In this document: piece by piece, positions 46,252 to 58,148 of the stretch
Position numbering within the stretch: the stretch's first letter is position 1
How the letters are laid out: each line of letters starts with the position of its first letter
Source of the DNA: Patescibacteria group bacterium
Lineage (GTDB): Bacteria; Patescibacteriota; UBA1384; 2-12-FULL-50-11
Reading direction: 5' to 3'
Length of the DNA stretch: 64,000 nt
Assembly: GCA_016861245.1 (NCBI GenBank)
Contig: BOKZ01000001.1
Location: 487,006-551,005, forward strand
Notes under the pieces: generated by a model
Told to the model about the DNA's origin: nothing
Database searches by the model: none
What the model saw: the letters and a program-made list of their open reading frames with translations, nothing else
Translations under genes and position numbers: made by a program

Positions 46252-48273
46252 CTACTTCAGTTGTTGCTCAAAATCAAGGGGATTACCGCTGGTTTTACCC
46301 ATTTTTTCGCGCTCTTTTTGCATTTTCTTTAGCTTTATTACCTCATCTCGAAGAATAGCGGCGAGCTCAAATTGAAGTTCTTGGGCTGCTAGCTTCATTT
46401 GTCGCTCCTTGTCTTTAATCATAGCGTCGATATTACCTCGAGCTAATTCTTTCTCGATTTTATCTAGCCCGATCGACTCACCGATCTCGCGTTCTATGAT
46501 GCTGGTAATCGCTTTACTAACCGATTGTGGCGTGATGTTGTGTTCCTTGTTGTACGTTTCTTGAATTTTCCGTCGGCGGTTGGTTTCGTCGATTGCTTTT
46601 TTGAGCGAATCGGTAATCTGATCGGCGTAAAGTAATACTTGGCCTTGAACGTTTCGAGCGGCGCGACCGATCGTTTGAATTAAGCTCCGTTCACTACGCA
46701 AAAATCCTTCTTTATCGGCATCTAATATTGCTACAAGCGAAACTTCTGGAAGATCCAAGCCTTCGCGCAGTAAGTTGACACCAATTAAAATATCAAAGGT
46801 ACCCTTACGCAATTCGCGCAAAATCTCAACCCGTTCCAACGTTTCGATATCGCTGTGGAGATAGCGAACTTTATACTCTTTTTCTTGTAGGAAATCGGCT
46901 AGCTCTTCGGCCATCTTTTTTGTGAGTGTAGTCACTAATACTCGTTCTTGTTTCTCAACGCGGTCTTTGATGTGTCCCAATAGATCGTCGATTTGACCTT
47001 TGGCTGGACGAATTAACAGCTCTGGGTCTAGAAGACCAGTTGGCCTAATAATTTGATCAACAACATTAGTAGACTTTGTTAGCTCGTATTGCGCGGGTGT
47101 TGCCGAGGTGTAAATTACTTGGTTAACTTTTTGCTCGAATTCAGGGAATTTCAATGGGCGATTATCGCGTGCGGAAGGAAGTCTAAAACCGTGTTCAATA
47201 AGTACGTCCTTTCGAGCTCTATCGCCGTTGTACATCCCGTTCAATTGAGAGATTGTGACGTGAGATTCGTCGATTACTGTTAAAAAGTCGTCAGGAAAGT
47301 AATCGAGCAAGGTGCTCGGCGTTCGACCGGGTTCGCCGCCGTCAAAATGTCGTGAGTAATTCTCGATACCGTTGCAATACCCAACCTCGCGGATCATCTC
47401 CATATCGTAAATTGTTCGTCGTCTTAAGCGCTCTGCCTCGAGCAACTTATCGTTGGCTTCTAGGACTTTTAACCTATCTTTTAACTCACTATCAATTGAT
47501 TTGAGTGCGCGTTCGATTTGTTCTGGCGGAGTAACAAAGTGACGTGACGGGTAAATAACAGCAACGCGTAAACTTATTAACTCGTGATTTGTGACTGGAT
47601 CGATTTCAATAATATCCTCGATCGTATCGCCGAACATACCAATACGAATGATCCGTTGTGAGTTAGCCGGCATAATCTCGATGTTTTCGCCGCGAACGCG
47701 GAAATTTCCTCTCGAAAGTTCGATGTCATTGCGCTGATACTGCAAGAAAATAAGCTTGTCTATTAAAATGTCACGGCTAATTGTCTCTCCTTTACGTACG
47801 ACAATTGTTGCTTTTTGATACTCCTCAGCTGAGCCAAGGCCGTAGATACAAGAAACCGAAGCGACCACAATGACATCTTTTCGGCTTAACACCGCCTGAG
47901 TCGCAGCGTGACGAAGACGATCTATCTCGTCGTTAATTTGAGCCTCCTTTTCGATGTATGTATCCGAGTTCGGCATGTACGCTTCTGGTTGATAGTAGTC
48001 GTAGTAGCTCACGAAGTACTCGACAGCGTTCTCGGGGAAAAAGTGACGAAATTCGCTGGTTAGCTGGGCAGCTAATGTTTTGTTATGAGCAATCACTAGT
48101 GTCGGTTTTTGAGTAGCGGCGATCACATTAGCAACCGTAAATGTTTTACCAGAACCTGTTACACCAAGAAGCGTTTGATGTTTTTCGCCATTTTTTATGC
48201 CCGCACTAAGCGAAGCGATTGCTTTAGGCTGATCGCCGGCTGGTGTAACGTTACTGTTTAACTCAAACTTCAT
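46252..48273 (-). CDS. uvrB: Excinuclease ABC subunit B
   Basis: [42 protein letters not shown]. Confidence 0.97.
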   Translation of the reverse strand: MKFELNSNVTPAGDQPKAIASLSAGIKNGEKHQTLLGVTGSGKTFTVANVIAATQKPTLVIAHNKTLAAQLTSEFRHFFPENAVEYFVSYYDYYQPEAYMPNSDTYIEKEAQINDEIDRLRHAATQAVLSRKDVIVVASVSCIYGLGSAEEYQKATIVVRKGETISRDILIDKLIFLQYQRNDIELSRGNFRVRGENIEIMPANSQRIIRIGMFGDTIEDIIEIDPVTNHELISLRVAVIYPSRHFVTPPEQIERALKSIDSELKDRLKVLEANDKLLEAERLRRRTIYDMEMIREVGYCNGIENYSRHFDGGEPGRTPSTLLDYFPDDFLTVIDESHVTISQLNGMYNGDRARKDVLIEHGFRLPSARDNRPLKFPEFEQKVNQVIYTSATPAQYELTKSTNVVDQIIRPTGLLDPELLIRPAKGQIDDLLGHIKDRVEKQERVLVTTLTKKMAEELADFLQEKEYKVRYLHSDIETLERVEILRELRKGTFDILIGVNLLREGLDLPEVSLVAILDADKEGFLRSERSLIQTIGRAARNVQGQVLLYADQITDSLKKAIDETNRRRKIQETYNKEHNITPQSVSKAITSIIEREIGESIGLDKIEKELARGNIDAMIKDKERQMKLAAQELQFELAAILRDEVIKLKKMQKEREKMGKTSGNPLDFEQQLK

Positions 48274-48325
48274 TAGTTAGTCGATTGTAACAACCCTGTT
48301 TTAACCTGTAAAACAACATATACCC

Positions 48326-48354
48326 TTGACAGGTTGTATTAGGGTATCTACCTT
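48326..48354 (+). promoter_or_regulatory. Sigma70-type promoter TTGACA-17-TACCTT
   Basis: Hexamer spacing; upstream of the small conserved protein. Confidence 0.55.
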
Positions 48355-48428
48355 GAGCTACAGGTAGCGACAGCAGTTACTACCGACAAATTAAGAAATA
48401 ACACTGCGGGGAAGGAGGTGAACGAATA

Positions 48429-48629
48429 ATGGCATTTAGCACCGTTTCAAAAAAGTCCGGCAAGACCTACTACCTCCATCACCGTAGCGTAACTCTACGA
48501 GGAGGTCGTCAGCAGACGATCTACTTCTTTGCTCAGGATGTCCGCGATGGCGCTCTTGACGCAGTCCCCGCAGGATACATGGTAATGGAAAACGCACGAA
48601 CTGGTCTTCCGATGTTGAAGAAGGCGTAA
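48429..48629 (+). CDS. Small conserved hypothetical protein (66 aa)
   Basis: Perfect AAGGAGGTG SD; GKTYYLH...QTIYFF...P.GY.V.EN.RTGLP.LKK; own terminator. Confidence 0.85.
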   Translation: MAFSTVSKKSGKTYYLHHRSVTLRGGRQQTIYFFAQDVRDGALDAVPAGYMVMENARTGLPMLKKA

Positions 48630-48646
48630 GATTGTGAGTTCTCACG

Positions 48647-48678
48647 CAAAAAATCCGCAGTTAGCTGCGGATTTTTTG
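48647..48678. terminator. Bidirectional intrinsic terminator
   Basis: caaaaaatccgcag-ttag-ctgcggattttttg. Confidence 0.85.
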
Positions 48679-48709
48679 TTGTAACGGGTATATACTACTA
48701 GTGTTAGGA

Positions 48710-50068
48710 ATGAAAAAATTCAACCTATATTTTGCGGTACTCTCGGTGGTCGCAGACGCAATCCTTCTCTGGGCAGCGATGTATATCGCGTATTATCTAC
48801 GCGCCGATGGGCACGAAATTTATCTCTGGCCACTCTCGAGTTATTTCACATTCGTCTTAAAGTTTATCCCGATCTGGCTTCTGATGATGGCGTATCAAGG
48901 CCTGTACCGGCTCCGTAATCCACTTAAGGGCTGGACGGCGGTAGCACGAATTATTACAGCAATATTGTCTGGTTGGGGTGTGATACTCATTTATCTATAT
49001 TTATCTCGATCGCCCGAGTCTTTAGTTTTCCCGCGACTAATCATCGCTTACGGAGCGCTGTTAACAGTAACATTTGTCTTGATCGGTCGGTCGTTACTTG
49101 ATTCGTTTCGTAAGTTTCTACACCGATACGGATACGGTTTTATACATACGGTCATTATTGCCAAATCGCCTCAAGATAGTTTCGTAATTGAAGTCCAGAA
49201 ACCCATTCATAACAGGAAGGTAAGAGCAGTTGTTACTAGCGACTTTATTAACCAGCTAAATAAGATCGAGCGTAAGGATCGGTTCGAGGAAGTGGTAGTT
49301 GCTTGGCCAGATCTCGACGAAAAAGAAGTTTTTAAGATTATCGATTGGGCTGAGTCCCATTTCGTTAACTTTGCCCAAATACCGACTTTGCTTGATGTGA
49401 AGGCATCGAGGGTTGAGCCTGGTGTACTGGCCGGCTCGCCAATTATTTACTTCCAATCATCGCCGCTTGACGGGTGGGGGAGAGTGTTTAAACGTTTACT
49501 GGACTTACTAGTTGTCACTCCCGCACTGATCGTCGCTTTACCGTTGTTTGCGGTGCTCTCTATTTTAGTGCGAATGTCGTCACCCGGTCCGATAATCTAT
49601 CGCGAACGGCGGATCGGTCAGGATGGGAGCGAGATAATGATCGGTAAATTCAGAAGTATGTACGCCGATTGGCGCGAACGATTCCCGCACGTTAAAGATT
49701 GGGCGGCCGACGAAAAAACCGATATTCGTATTACTCCGATCGGCCGGATATTACGCAAAACTAACCTAGATGAAATCCCACAACTTTGGGATGTTTTTGT
49801 TGGTCGGATGAGCTTAGTCGGACCGCGTCCCGAGCAGCCAAAATACGTTAAGCAATTTGCAGAAGAGGTGCCACAATACATTAAACGACATCACGTTAAG
49901 GTAGGCTTAACAGGCTGGGCACAGATTAACGGCTTACGAGGCAACACCCCAATTCCCGAACGAACGAAATACGATCTTTATTACATCCAGAATTGGTCGA
50001 TTTGGTTCGACATTCGAATTATTCTTGGTACGTTACTGTACATGGGGAAACAGTTATTTAGCCGATGA
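48710..50068 (+). CDS. Undecaprenyl-phosphate sugar phosphotransferase (WcaJ/WbaP family)
   Basis: KRLLD, KFRSM, LDEIPQL, MSLVGPRPE, GLTGWAQING, DLYYI. Confidence 0.93.
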   Translation: MKKFNLYFAVLSVVADAILLWAAMYIAYYLRADGHEIYLWPLSSYFTFVLKFIPIWLLMMAYQGLYRLRNPLKGWTAVARIITAILSGWGVILIYLYLSRSPESLVFPRLIIAYGALLTVTFVLIGRSLLDSFRKFLHRYGYGFIHTVIIAKSPQDSFVIEVQKPIHNRKVRAVVTSDFINQLNKIERKDRFEEVVVAWPDLDEKEVFKIIDWAESHFVNFAQIPTLLDVKASRVEPGVLAGSPIIYFQSSPLDGWGRVFKRLLDLLVVTPALIVALPLFAVLSILVRMSSPGPIIYRERRIGQDGSEIMIGKFRSMYADWRERFPHVKDWAADEKTDIRITPIGRILRKTNLDEIPQLWDVFVGRMSLVGPRPEQPKYVKQFAEEVPQYIKRHHVKVGLTGWAQINGLRGNTPIPERTKYDLYYIQNWSIWFDIRIILGTLLYMGKQLFSR

Positions 50069-51162
50069 AAGTAGCGCTCGTTCACGACTTTTTTACACAG
50101 TGGGGCGGCGGTGAGCGCGTTTTGAAGTATTTCAGCGACATTTATCCCAATGCGCCGATCTACTTAATTGCGAAAGACCAGAAGTTAATTGATGAGTTTT
50201 TGCCAGGGAGAACCGTTATTCCGAGTTTTCTTCAAGATTATCCGGGCATGCCAGCTGCGTTTAAGTATTATCTGTCGTTAATGCCACGAGCGATCGAGTC
50301 GTTTGATCTTTCTACCTACGACGTTGTGCTATCCGACTCCTCTGCTTACGCCAAGGGCGCGATTACCAAGCCGCCGACGAAGCATATCTGCTATCTTCAC
50401 ACACCGACACGATACCTAACCAGCGACAAAGAAGAGTATCTAGCTAATGCCCCAATTCCACTACCTTTGATTGGTAGGCCGGTGGTACGAGCGATCACAA
50501 ACTCGTTGGCTAAATGGGATTTACAAGCCAGTAAGCGACCGGATTATTTAATCGCAAATTCTAATTACATCGCCGAAAGAACTAAAAAATACTACGGACG
50601 AGTACCAGATGAAGTGTTATTTCCGCCGGTTGACGTTGCAAGGTACAAAATTGCCGAACAGATCGGCGACTATTGGCTGATTTTAGGACGCAACGAGCCG
50701 TACAAACGCACCGATCTTGCGATAGTGGCTGCTAATAAACTAGGGCTAAAGCTAAAAGTTGTTGGCGGTGGAACAAAGATGCAAGAACTAAAATCGCTTG
50801 CTGGGCCAACAGTCGAATTCACGGGTCGAGTCAGCGACGACGAACTAGTTGAACTTTACTCGCATGCAATTGGACTAATTTTTCCACCAAAAGAAGACGC
50901 GGGGATGACGCCGCTAGAAGCCATGGCGAGCGGCCGACCAGTTATCGCTTACGGTGAGGGCGGCGCCCTCGAGTCGATTGTGGCGGGAGTAACGGGCGAA
51001 TTTTTTAACCAGCAATCGGTCGATTCGTTGTGCGAGGTTCTTAAAAATTTCGATATCTCTAAATACAATCCAGCAACAATCCGCGCTCACGCGATGAAAT
51101 TCGACGTCGAGAAGTTTAAAAATCGCATTCGAGATATTGTTAGCGCTCAGTTACCTAGCTGA
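50065..51162 (+). CDS. GT4 glycosyltransferase
   Basis: VALVHD...GGGERV, EDAGMTPLEAMASG. Confidence 0.92.
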   Translation: MKVALVHDFFTQWGGGERVLKYFSDIYPNAPIYLIAKDQKLIDEFLPGRTVIPSFLQDYPGMPAAFKYYLSLMPRAIESFDLSTYDVVLSDSSAYAKGAITKPPTKHICYLHTPTRYLTSDKEEYLANAPIPLPLIGRPVVRAITNSLAKWDLQASKRPDYLIANSNYIAERTKKYYGRVPDEVLFPPVDVARYKIAEQIGDYWLILGRNEPYKRTDLAIVAANKLGLKLKVVGGGTKMQELKSLAGPTVEFTGRVSDDELVELYSHAIGLIFPPKEDAGMTPLEAMASGRPVIAYGEGGALESIVAGVTGEFFNQQSVDSLCEVLKNFDISKYNPATIRAHAMKFDVEKFKNRIRDIVSAQLPS

Positions 51163-51224
51163 CAGCTTGCAAATTCTTCTTTATAATTCATTTACAACCT
51201 TACGGCACATAAGAGGTGTACATT

Positions 51225-51710
51225 ATGGAGAAAAAACGCAAACTTGTGGCAATTAGCCACAACTACATCGGTGAGACATTAGCTAAAAGTCTCCCCAACA
51301 AGTCGATCGAGCTTGAGCAACGAGTGGTGATCCCCATCTCTGCCGAACATCTTCTGGCTGCTCAGCAGCCGAGAGCGGGTAGATTTGAGAACCGCGACTG
51401 GATGATTCAACAAGTTCGTGATCCGGAAATCGCCGTACAATCACCGGATCTGCTATTGCTCTATATCGGCAGATCACCGATGCTCGACGCTCTCAACTTC
51501 GCAACCCTGTTCGAATCTGCAGAGATTCATTTGGTGTTAAACCGCGAACGCGACGTTGAGCTCAACTTCCAAGAGTCTTGGGATACTCGCCAATGGTCGT
51601 ACTGGCCGATTCTGCACTTCGCTGAGACGACCGGCAATTGCACGATGGCGCGTCTGGTTGATCAATTCATCAACACCGGCTTTATCCAGCCTGAACCGAT
51701 TTGGTGGTAA
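51225..51710 (+). CDS. Hypothetical orphan protein
   Basis: GAGGTG SD, downstream hairpin-T terminator. Confidence 0.6.
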   Translation: MEKKRKLVAISHNYIGETLAKSLPNKSIELEQRVVIPISAEHLLAAQQPRAGRFENRDWMIQQVRDPEIAVQSPDLLLLYIGRSPMLDALNFATLFESAEIHLVLNRERDVELNFQESWDTRQWSYWPILHFAETTGNCTMARLVDQFINTGFIQPEPIWW

Positions 51711-51762
51711 GCCCGCGGCGACTTGTTCGCCGCTTTTTATTACTTACAAACGGGTTGCCTAA

Positions 51763-53733
<1,971 letters not shown>

Positions 53734-53799
53734 ATGAGAAAAATAACGATATCTTTATGTCTTTTCTCAATACAAGATTTCGAAATAAATAATTAATTC

Positions 53800-56397
53800 A
53801 TGGACGAAGAACTACGAAACGATTCAGCTGAGCAACTACCGGAAGAGCCGATCGAAGATACGGTAGATTCTGATACTCCCGAAATACAACCAGACGTTGT
53901 GGAGCAGCCACGAGAAGTTGTAGAGGAAAATTCAACCGAAAAAACATCGTTCGGTTTAATTAGAGCACGAACAATTAATAACGAGATGAGTGAGAGCTAT
54001 CTCGATTACGCGATGAGCGTTATCGTCTCTCGCGCTCTTCCTGACGTTCGCGACGGCTTGAAGCCGGTGCATCGTCGTATTCTTTACGCCATGCATGATA
54101 TGGGATTAACGCCGGGCGCAAAACACCGAAAATCAGCCAAGATCAACGGTGAAGTTTTAGGTAACTACCACCCGCACGGCGAGTTAGCGGTCTACGACGC
54201 GATGGTTCGTATGGCTCAGTGGTGGAGTTTGCGCTTACCGTTAGTTAACGGTCAGGGAAACTTTGGATCGATGGACGGCGACTCTCCGGCTGCATCGCGA
54301 TACACCGAGGCGCGTCTTGCGCCGCCCGCCGAAGCACTATTAGCTGATATCGAGAAAGAAACTGTCGATTATCGTGACAACTACGACGGTACACGCCAAG
54401 AACCGGTAGTTCTACCGACGCGATTACCAAATCTGTTAATCAACGGCTCACAAGGGATCGCTGTCGGTATGGCAACTAATATACCGCCGCACAATCCTGC
54501 TGAAGTTATCGACGGTCTACTTGTTCTACAGAAAAATCCAAACGCCTCGTTAGAAGAGCTGATGGAAGCAGTAAAGGGACCAGATTTTCCAACCGGCGGT
54601 ATTATTTATAACCAAAACGATATTAGAGAAGCGTTTGCAACTGGGCGCGGACGGATATTGATTCGCGGTCGCGCGGAGATTGTCGAAGATAAAAAAAGAG
54701 AACAGATCGTTGTTACAGAGTTACCGTATCAGACTAACAAAGCAACGTTTATCGTTCATATCGCCGAATTAGTTAAAGCTAAAAAAATTGAGGGTATCCA
54801 CGACATTCGCGACGAATCCGATCGCAAAGAAGGTGTCCGAGTAGTGATTGAGCTAAAAACCGGCGCCGTTTCTTCTAAAATCTTAAACCAGTTATACGAG
54901 CTAACCGAATTACAAACGGTAATCCATTACAATATGGTGGCGCTTGTCGACGGTATTCAACCGAAAGTTCTAACCCTAACTGAAGCTCTAACGGAATTCT
55001 TAGGCCACCGCACTGACGTTGTGACGCGCCGCACTAACTACGAGCTCAAAATCGCCAAGGCCAGAGCTCACATATTAGAAGGATTAAAAATCGCGCTCGA
55101 TCATTTGGACGCGATTATTAAATTAATCCGCGAGTCAGCTAACCGAGATGCCGCTAAGGCGGCGCTTATGAATTCGTACAAACTAAGCGAGATTCAAGCT
55201 AACGCTATTCTCGACATGCGTCTCTCGCAACTAGCGAACCTTGAGCGTCAAAAAATCTACGACGAATACGATGCTGTGATGAAGCTAATCGCCGATCTCG
55301 AAGATATTTTGGCTAAGCCGGAGCGAGTTGAAGCGATTATTCGTGAAGAACTCTTGGAAATGAAGAAAAAGTACGGCGATGCGCGACGAACAGAAATTCG
55401 TCCAGAAGCGCTTAACGCTATGACAGCACTCGACCTTATTCCAGAAGAAAACGTCTTAATTACGCTTACCGCCAACAACTATGTTAAGCGCTTAACCCCA
55501 GACACGTATCGTAGCCAGTCACGCGGCGGTAAAGGTGTTATCGGGATGACGACGCGCGAAGACGACGTTGTTATGGATATGATTTTTGCTTCAACTCACG
55601 ACGATATTCTCTTTTTCACCGACAAGGGTCGGGCGTTTAAGGTAAAAACCTACGAGATCCCAGCCGCAAGTCGCCAAAGCAAGGGAGTAGCGCTGCCGAA
55701 TATCATCCGGATTTTACCTGATGAGAAAGTAACAGAGATCGTAAGTGTGAAAGCGAGCGATCAATTCGATTACTTCTTCTTCGCAACACGCGAAGGTACC
55801 GTCAAACGAGTCGAGCGAAAAGCGTTTGATAACGTTCGTAAAAGCGGCGTTACAGCCGTAGGTCTAAAAGGTAAAGACCAGCTTATATGGGTAAAAAGAA
55901 CTAGCGGTAACGATGAGATCGCTCAAATAACTAAAAACGCTCAGGTGATTGTATACAACGAATCGGAAGTTCGGGCGATGGGTCGTAGCGCCTCAGGCGT
56001 ACGCGGTATTAAGCTAAAAAGTGGCGATATCGTGATCGAGACGACAGTTCTTAACGACGCCTCGCAATCAATTTGTGTTATTAGCGAGCGCGGTATCGGA
56101 AAACGAGTGTTATTAAAAGAATTCCGAAACCAACACCGTGGCGGTAGCGGTATTAGAATCGCAAAAATCACAGAAAAAACTGGCAAACTCGCCGCTGGGG
56201 CAGTGATCGAAGAAGGAGTAAACGATTTAATAATCTCCAGCGTCGGTGGTCAAGTTATCCGTATTCCCGTTAACGACGTCAAACATCTTTCAAGACAAGC
56301 ATCCGGAGTGATCCTCATGCGAACAAACGCTGGCGATACAGTAAGTACGCTCGCTGTTGTTAACCAGGAACAAGAAACCGAGAAAGAGCCATCATAA
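53800..56397 (+). CDS. gyrA: DNA gyrase subunit A
   Basis: YAMSVIVSRALPDVRDGLKPVHRR, YHPHG, AASRYTE, GyrA-box QSRGGKG. Confidence 0.97.
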   Translation: MDEELRNDSAEQLPEEPIEDTVDSDTPEIQPDVVEQPREVVEENSTEKTSFGLIRARTINNEMSESYLDYAMSVIVSRALPDVRDGLKPVHRRILYAMHDMGLTPGAKHRKSAKINGEVLGNYHPHGELAVYDAMVRMAQWWSLRLPLVNGQGNFGSMDGDSPAASRYTEARLAPPAEALLADIEKETVDYRDNYDGTRQEPVVLPTRLPNLLINGSQGIAVGMATNIPPHNPAEVIDGLLVLQKNPNASLEELMEAVKGPDFPTGGIIYNQNDIREAFATGRGRILIRGRAEIVEDKKREQIVVTELPYQTNKATFIVHIAELVKAKKIEGIHDIRDESDRKEGVRVVIELKTGAVSSKILNQLYELTELQTVIHYNMVALVDGIQPKVLTLTEALTEFLGHRTDVVTRRTNYELKIAKARAHILEGLKIALDHLDAIIKLIRESANRDAAKAALMNSYKLSEIQANAILDMRLSQLANLERQKIYDEYDAVMKLIADLEDILAKPERVEAIIREELLEMKKKYGDARRTEIRPEALNAMTALDLIPEENVLITLTANNYVKRLTPDTYRSQSRGGKGVIGMTTREDDVVMDMIFASTHDDILFFTDKGRAFKVKTYEIPAASRQSKGVALPNIIRILPDEKVTEIVSVKASDQFDYFFFATREGTVKRVERKAFDNVRKSGVTAVGLKGKDQLIWVKRTSGNDEIAQITKNAQVIVYNESEVRAMGRSASGVRGIKLKSGDIVIETTVLNDASQSICVISERGIGKRVLLKEFRNQHRGGSGIRIAKITEKTGKLAAGAVIEEGVNDLIISSVGGQVIRIPVNDVKHLSRQASGVILMRTNAGDTVSTLAVVNQEQETEKEPS

Positions 56398-58097
56398 TGA
56401 CAGAAAAAAACACACTAGTATTACCCGAAGAAATTTCGGTTCGGACGCTCGCTAGCGCCATGAAAGTTGACCCGACAGTCGTAATCGGAAAGCTAATCAG
56501 TAACGGCGTGATGGCAACCATTAACCAAGCGCTCGATTACGAGACGGCAGCGTTACTAGCCGAACAGATGGGCTTTACTACTTCGCTTGAAGAAAAAACG
56601 GTCAAAATTAATAAATCTGCGCAGGGCAAAGACGCAGTCGAACGTGCCCCGATCGTTACAATTATGGGTCACGTCGATCACGGCAAGACGTCATTACTAG
56701 ATTATATTCGCCGTTCGAACATCGCTGCTGGTGAGTCTGGCGGAATTACGCAACACATCAGCGCGTATCAAATTGAATTTACTACCAGCGAGAAGCAAAA
56801 ACGCAAAATTACATTCGTCGATACCCCAGGTCATGAGGCCTTCTCGGCGCTCCGAGAACATGGCGCAACGCTTACAGATATCGTCGTATTAGTAGTTGCG
56901 GCTGACGACGGTGTTAAACCGCAAACCCTGGAAGTTATTCAACACGCTAAGAAAGCCAACGTACCGATGATTGTGGCAATTAATAAAGCTGATTTGCCTA
57001 CTGCTAATATCGATCGAGTTAAACAGCAACTCTCCGAAAACGACCTAACTCCAGAAGAATGGGGCGGCTCGACTGTCATGCTGCCGATCTCAGCCAAAAC
57101 AGGACATGGCGTACCCGAGCTTCTAGAGATGATCGCGCTCACTGCCGATCTACTTGAGTTGAAAGCCGATCCTGACGCTGTGCCGGAAGGTATAGTAATC
57201 GAAGCTAACCTCGATAAACAAGTCGGCCCGGTCGCAACAGTACTAATGTATAACGGTACGCTTCATCCCGGCCAAGTATTGGTAATCGGTTCAACCTACG
57301 GCCGTATTCGTTCGTTAGAAGACGATCTTCGCAACCGCATCAGTTCGGCTGGTCCGTCAAAACCCGCCATCATTACAGGCTTAAAAGACGTGCCGAGCTT
57401 TGGGGAGCGAATTGAGGTAGTACCGAACGAGAAAGTTGCTCGTTCTATGACACAAAGTGATGCTAAACATAAAAAACACGGCGCGAAAGAAGGCGCTAAC
57501 ACCTATAAAGTAGTGCTAAAGGCGGACGTTGGCGGAAGTTTGGCAGCCTTTGAAGACTCTTTATCTAAACTCTCGTTTAAAGACGCGACAATCGAAGTTC
57601 TTTCCAGCGGCATCGGACAAGTTAATGAAAACGATATTAATTTAGCGAAAACTTCTGGCGCAACTGTCATTTCGTTTAGAAGCGCTCCGATTAAGCGCGT
57701 TGCTGATATCGCAGAAAAAGAGGGCGTAATTCTTAAAGAGTACTGGATTATTTACGATGCTATCGAGTTTCTAAATAGTGAGCTGAAACGAATCGCTACA
57801 CCTGTTTTCGTAACAGAAGAGGTAGCGCGCCTGAAGGTATTAGCGGTCTTTAGCCGTAAAGCGAAAAACGCGATTGTCGGCGGCGAAGTAACACAGGGGG
57901 TAGTCGTGCCAAAGGCCGACGTTGCGGTTCTGCGCGAAAAAGAAGAGATCGGTACCGCCAAGCTTAAGGAAATAAAAATCGGTAAGCTAACTGTCGAACG
58001 CGCCGAAACCGGTACCCAGTGCGGTGTTTCACTTGAAGAAGTTAGCGACATCGCCGAAGGGGATATGCTGGTGTTCTCGATTACGCGAGAAGAGTAA
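56397..58097 (+). CDS. infB: Translation initiation factor IF-2 (compact)
   Basis: MGHVDHGKTS, GGITQHI, DTPGHEAF, NKAD, KADVGGS. Confidence 0.96.
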   Translation: MTEKNTLVLPEEISVRTLASAMKVDPTVVIGKLISNGVMATINQALDYETAALLAEQMGFTTSLEEKTVKINKSAQGKDAVERAPIVTIMGHVDHGKTSLLDYIRRSNIAAGESGGITQHISAYQIEFTTSEKQKRKITFVDTPGHEAFSALREHGATLTDIVVLVVAADDGVKPQTLEVIQHAKKANVPMIVAINKADLPTANIDRVKQQLSENDLTPEEWGGSTVMLPISAKTGHGVPELLEMIALTADLLELKADPDAVPEGIVIEANLDKQVGPVATVLMYNGTLHPGQVLVIGSTYGRIRSLEDDLRNRISSAGPSKPAIITGLKDVPSFGERIEVVPNEKVARSMTQSDAKHKKHGAKEGANTYKVVLKADVGGSLAAFEDSLSKLSFKDATIEVLSSGIGQVNENDINLAKTSGATVISFRSAPIKRVADIAEKEGVILKEYWIIYDAIEFLNSELKRIATPVFVTEEVARLKVLAVFSRKAKNAIVGGEVTQGVVVPKADVAVLREKEEIGTAKLKEIKIGKLTVERAETGTQCGVSLEEVSDIAEGDMLVFSITREE

Positions 58098-58148
58098 TAT
58101 TGCGTCCCAACTAACTTGTAGCTAGTCTAAGGGTAACAGGAGGGGATT

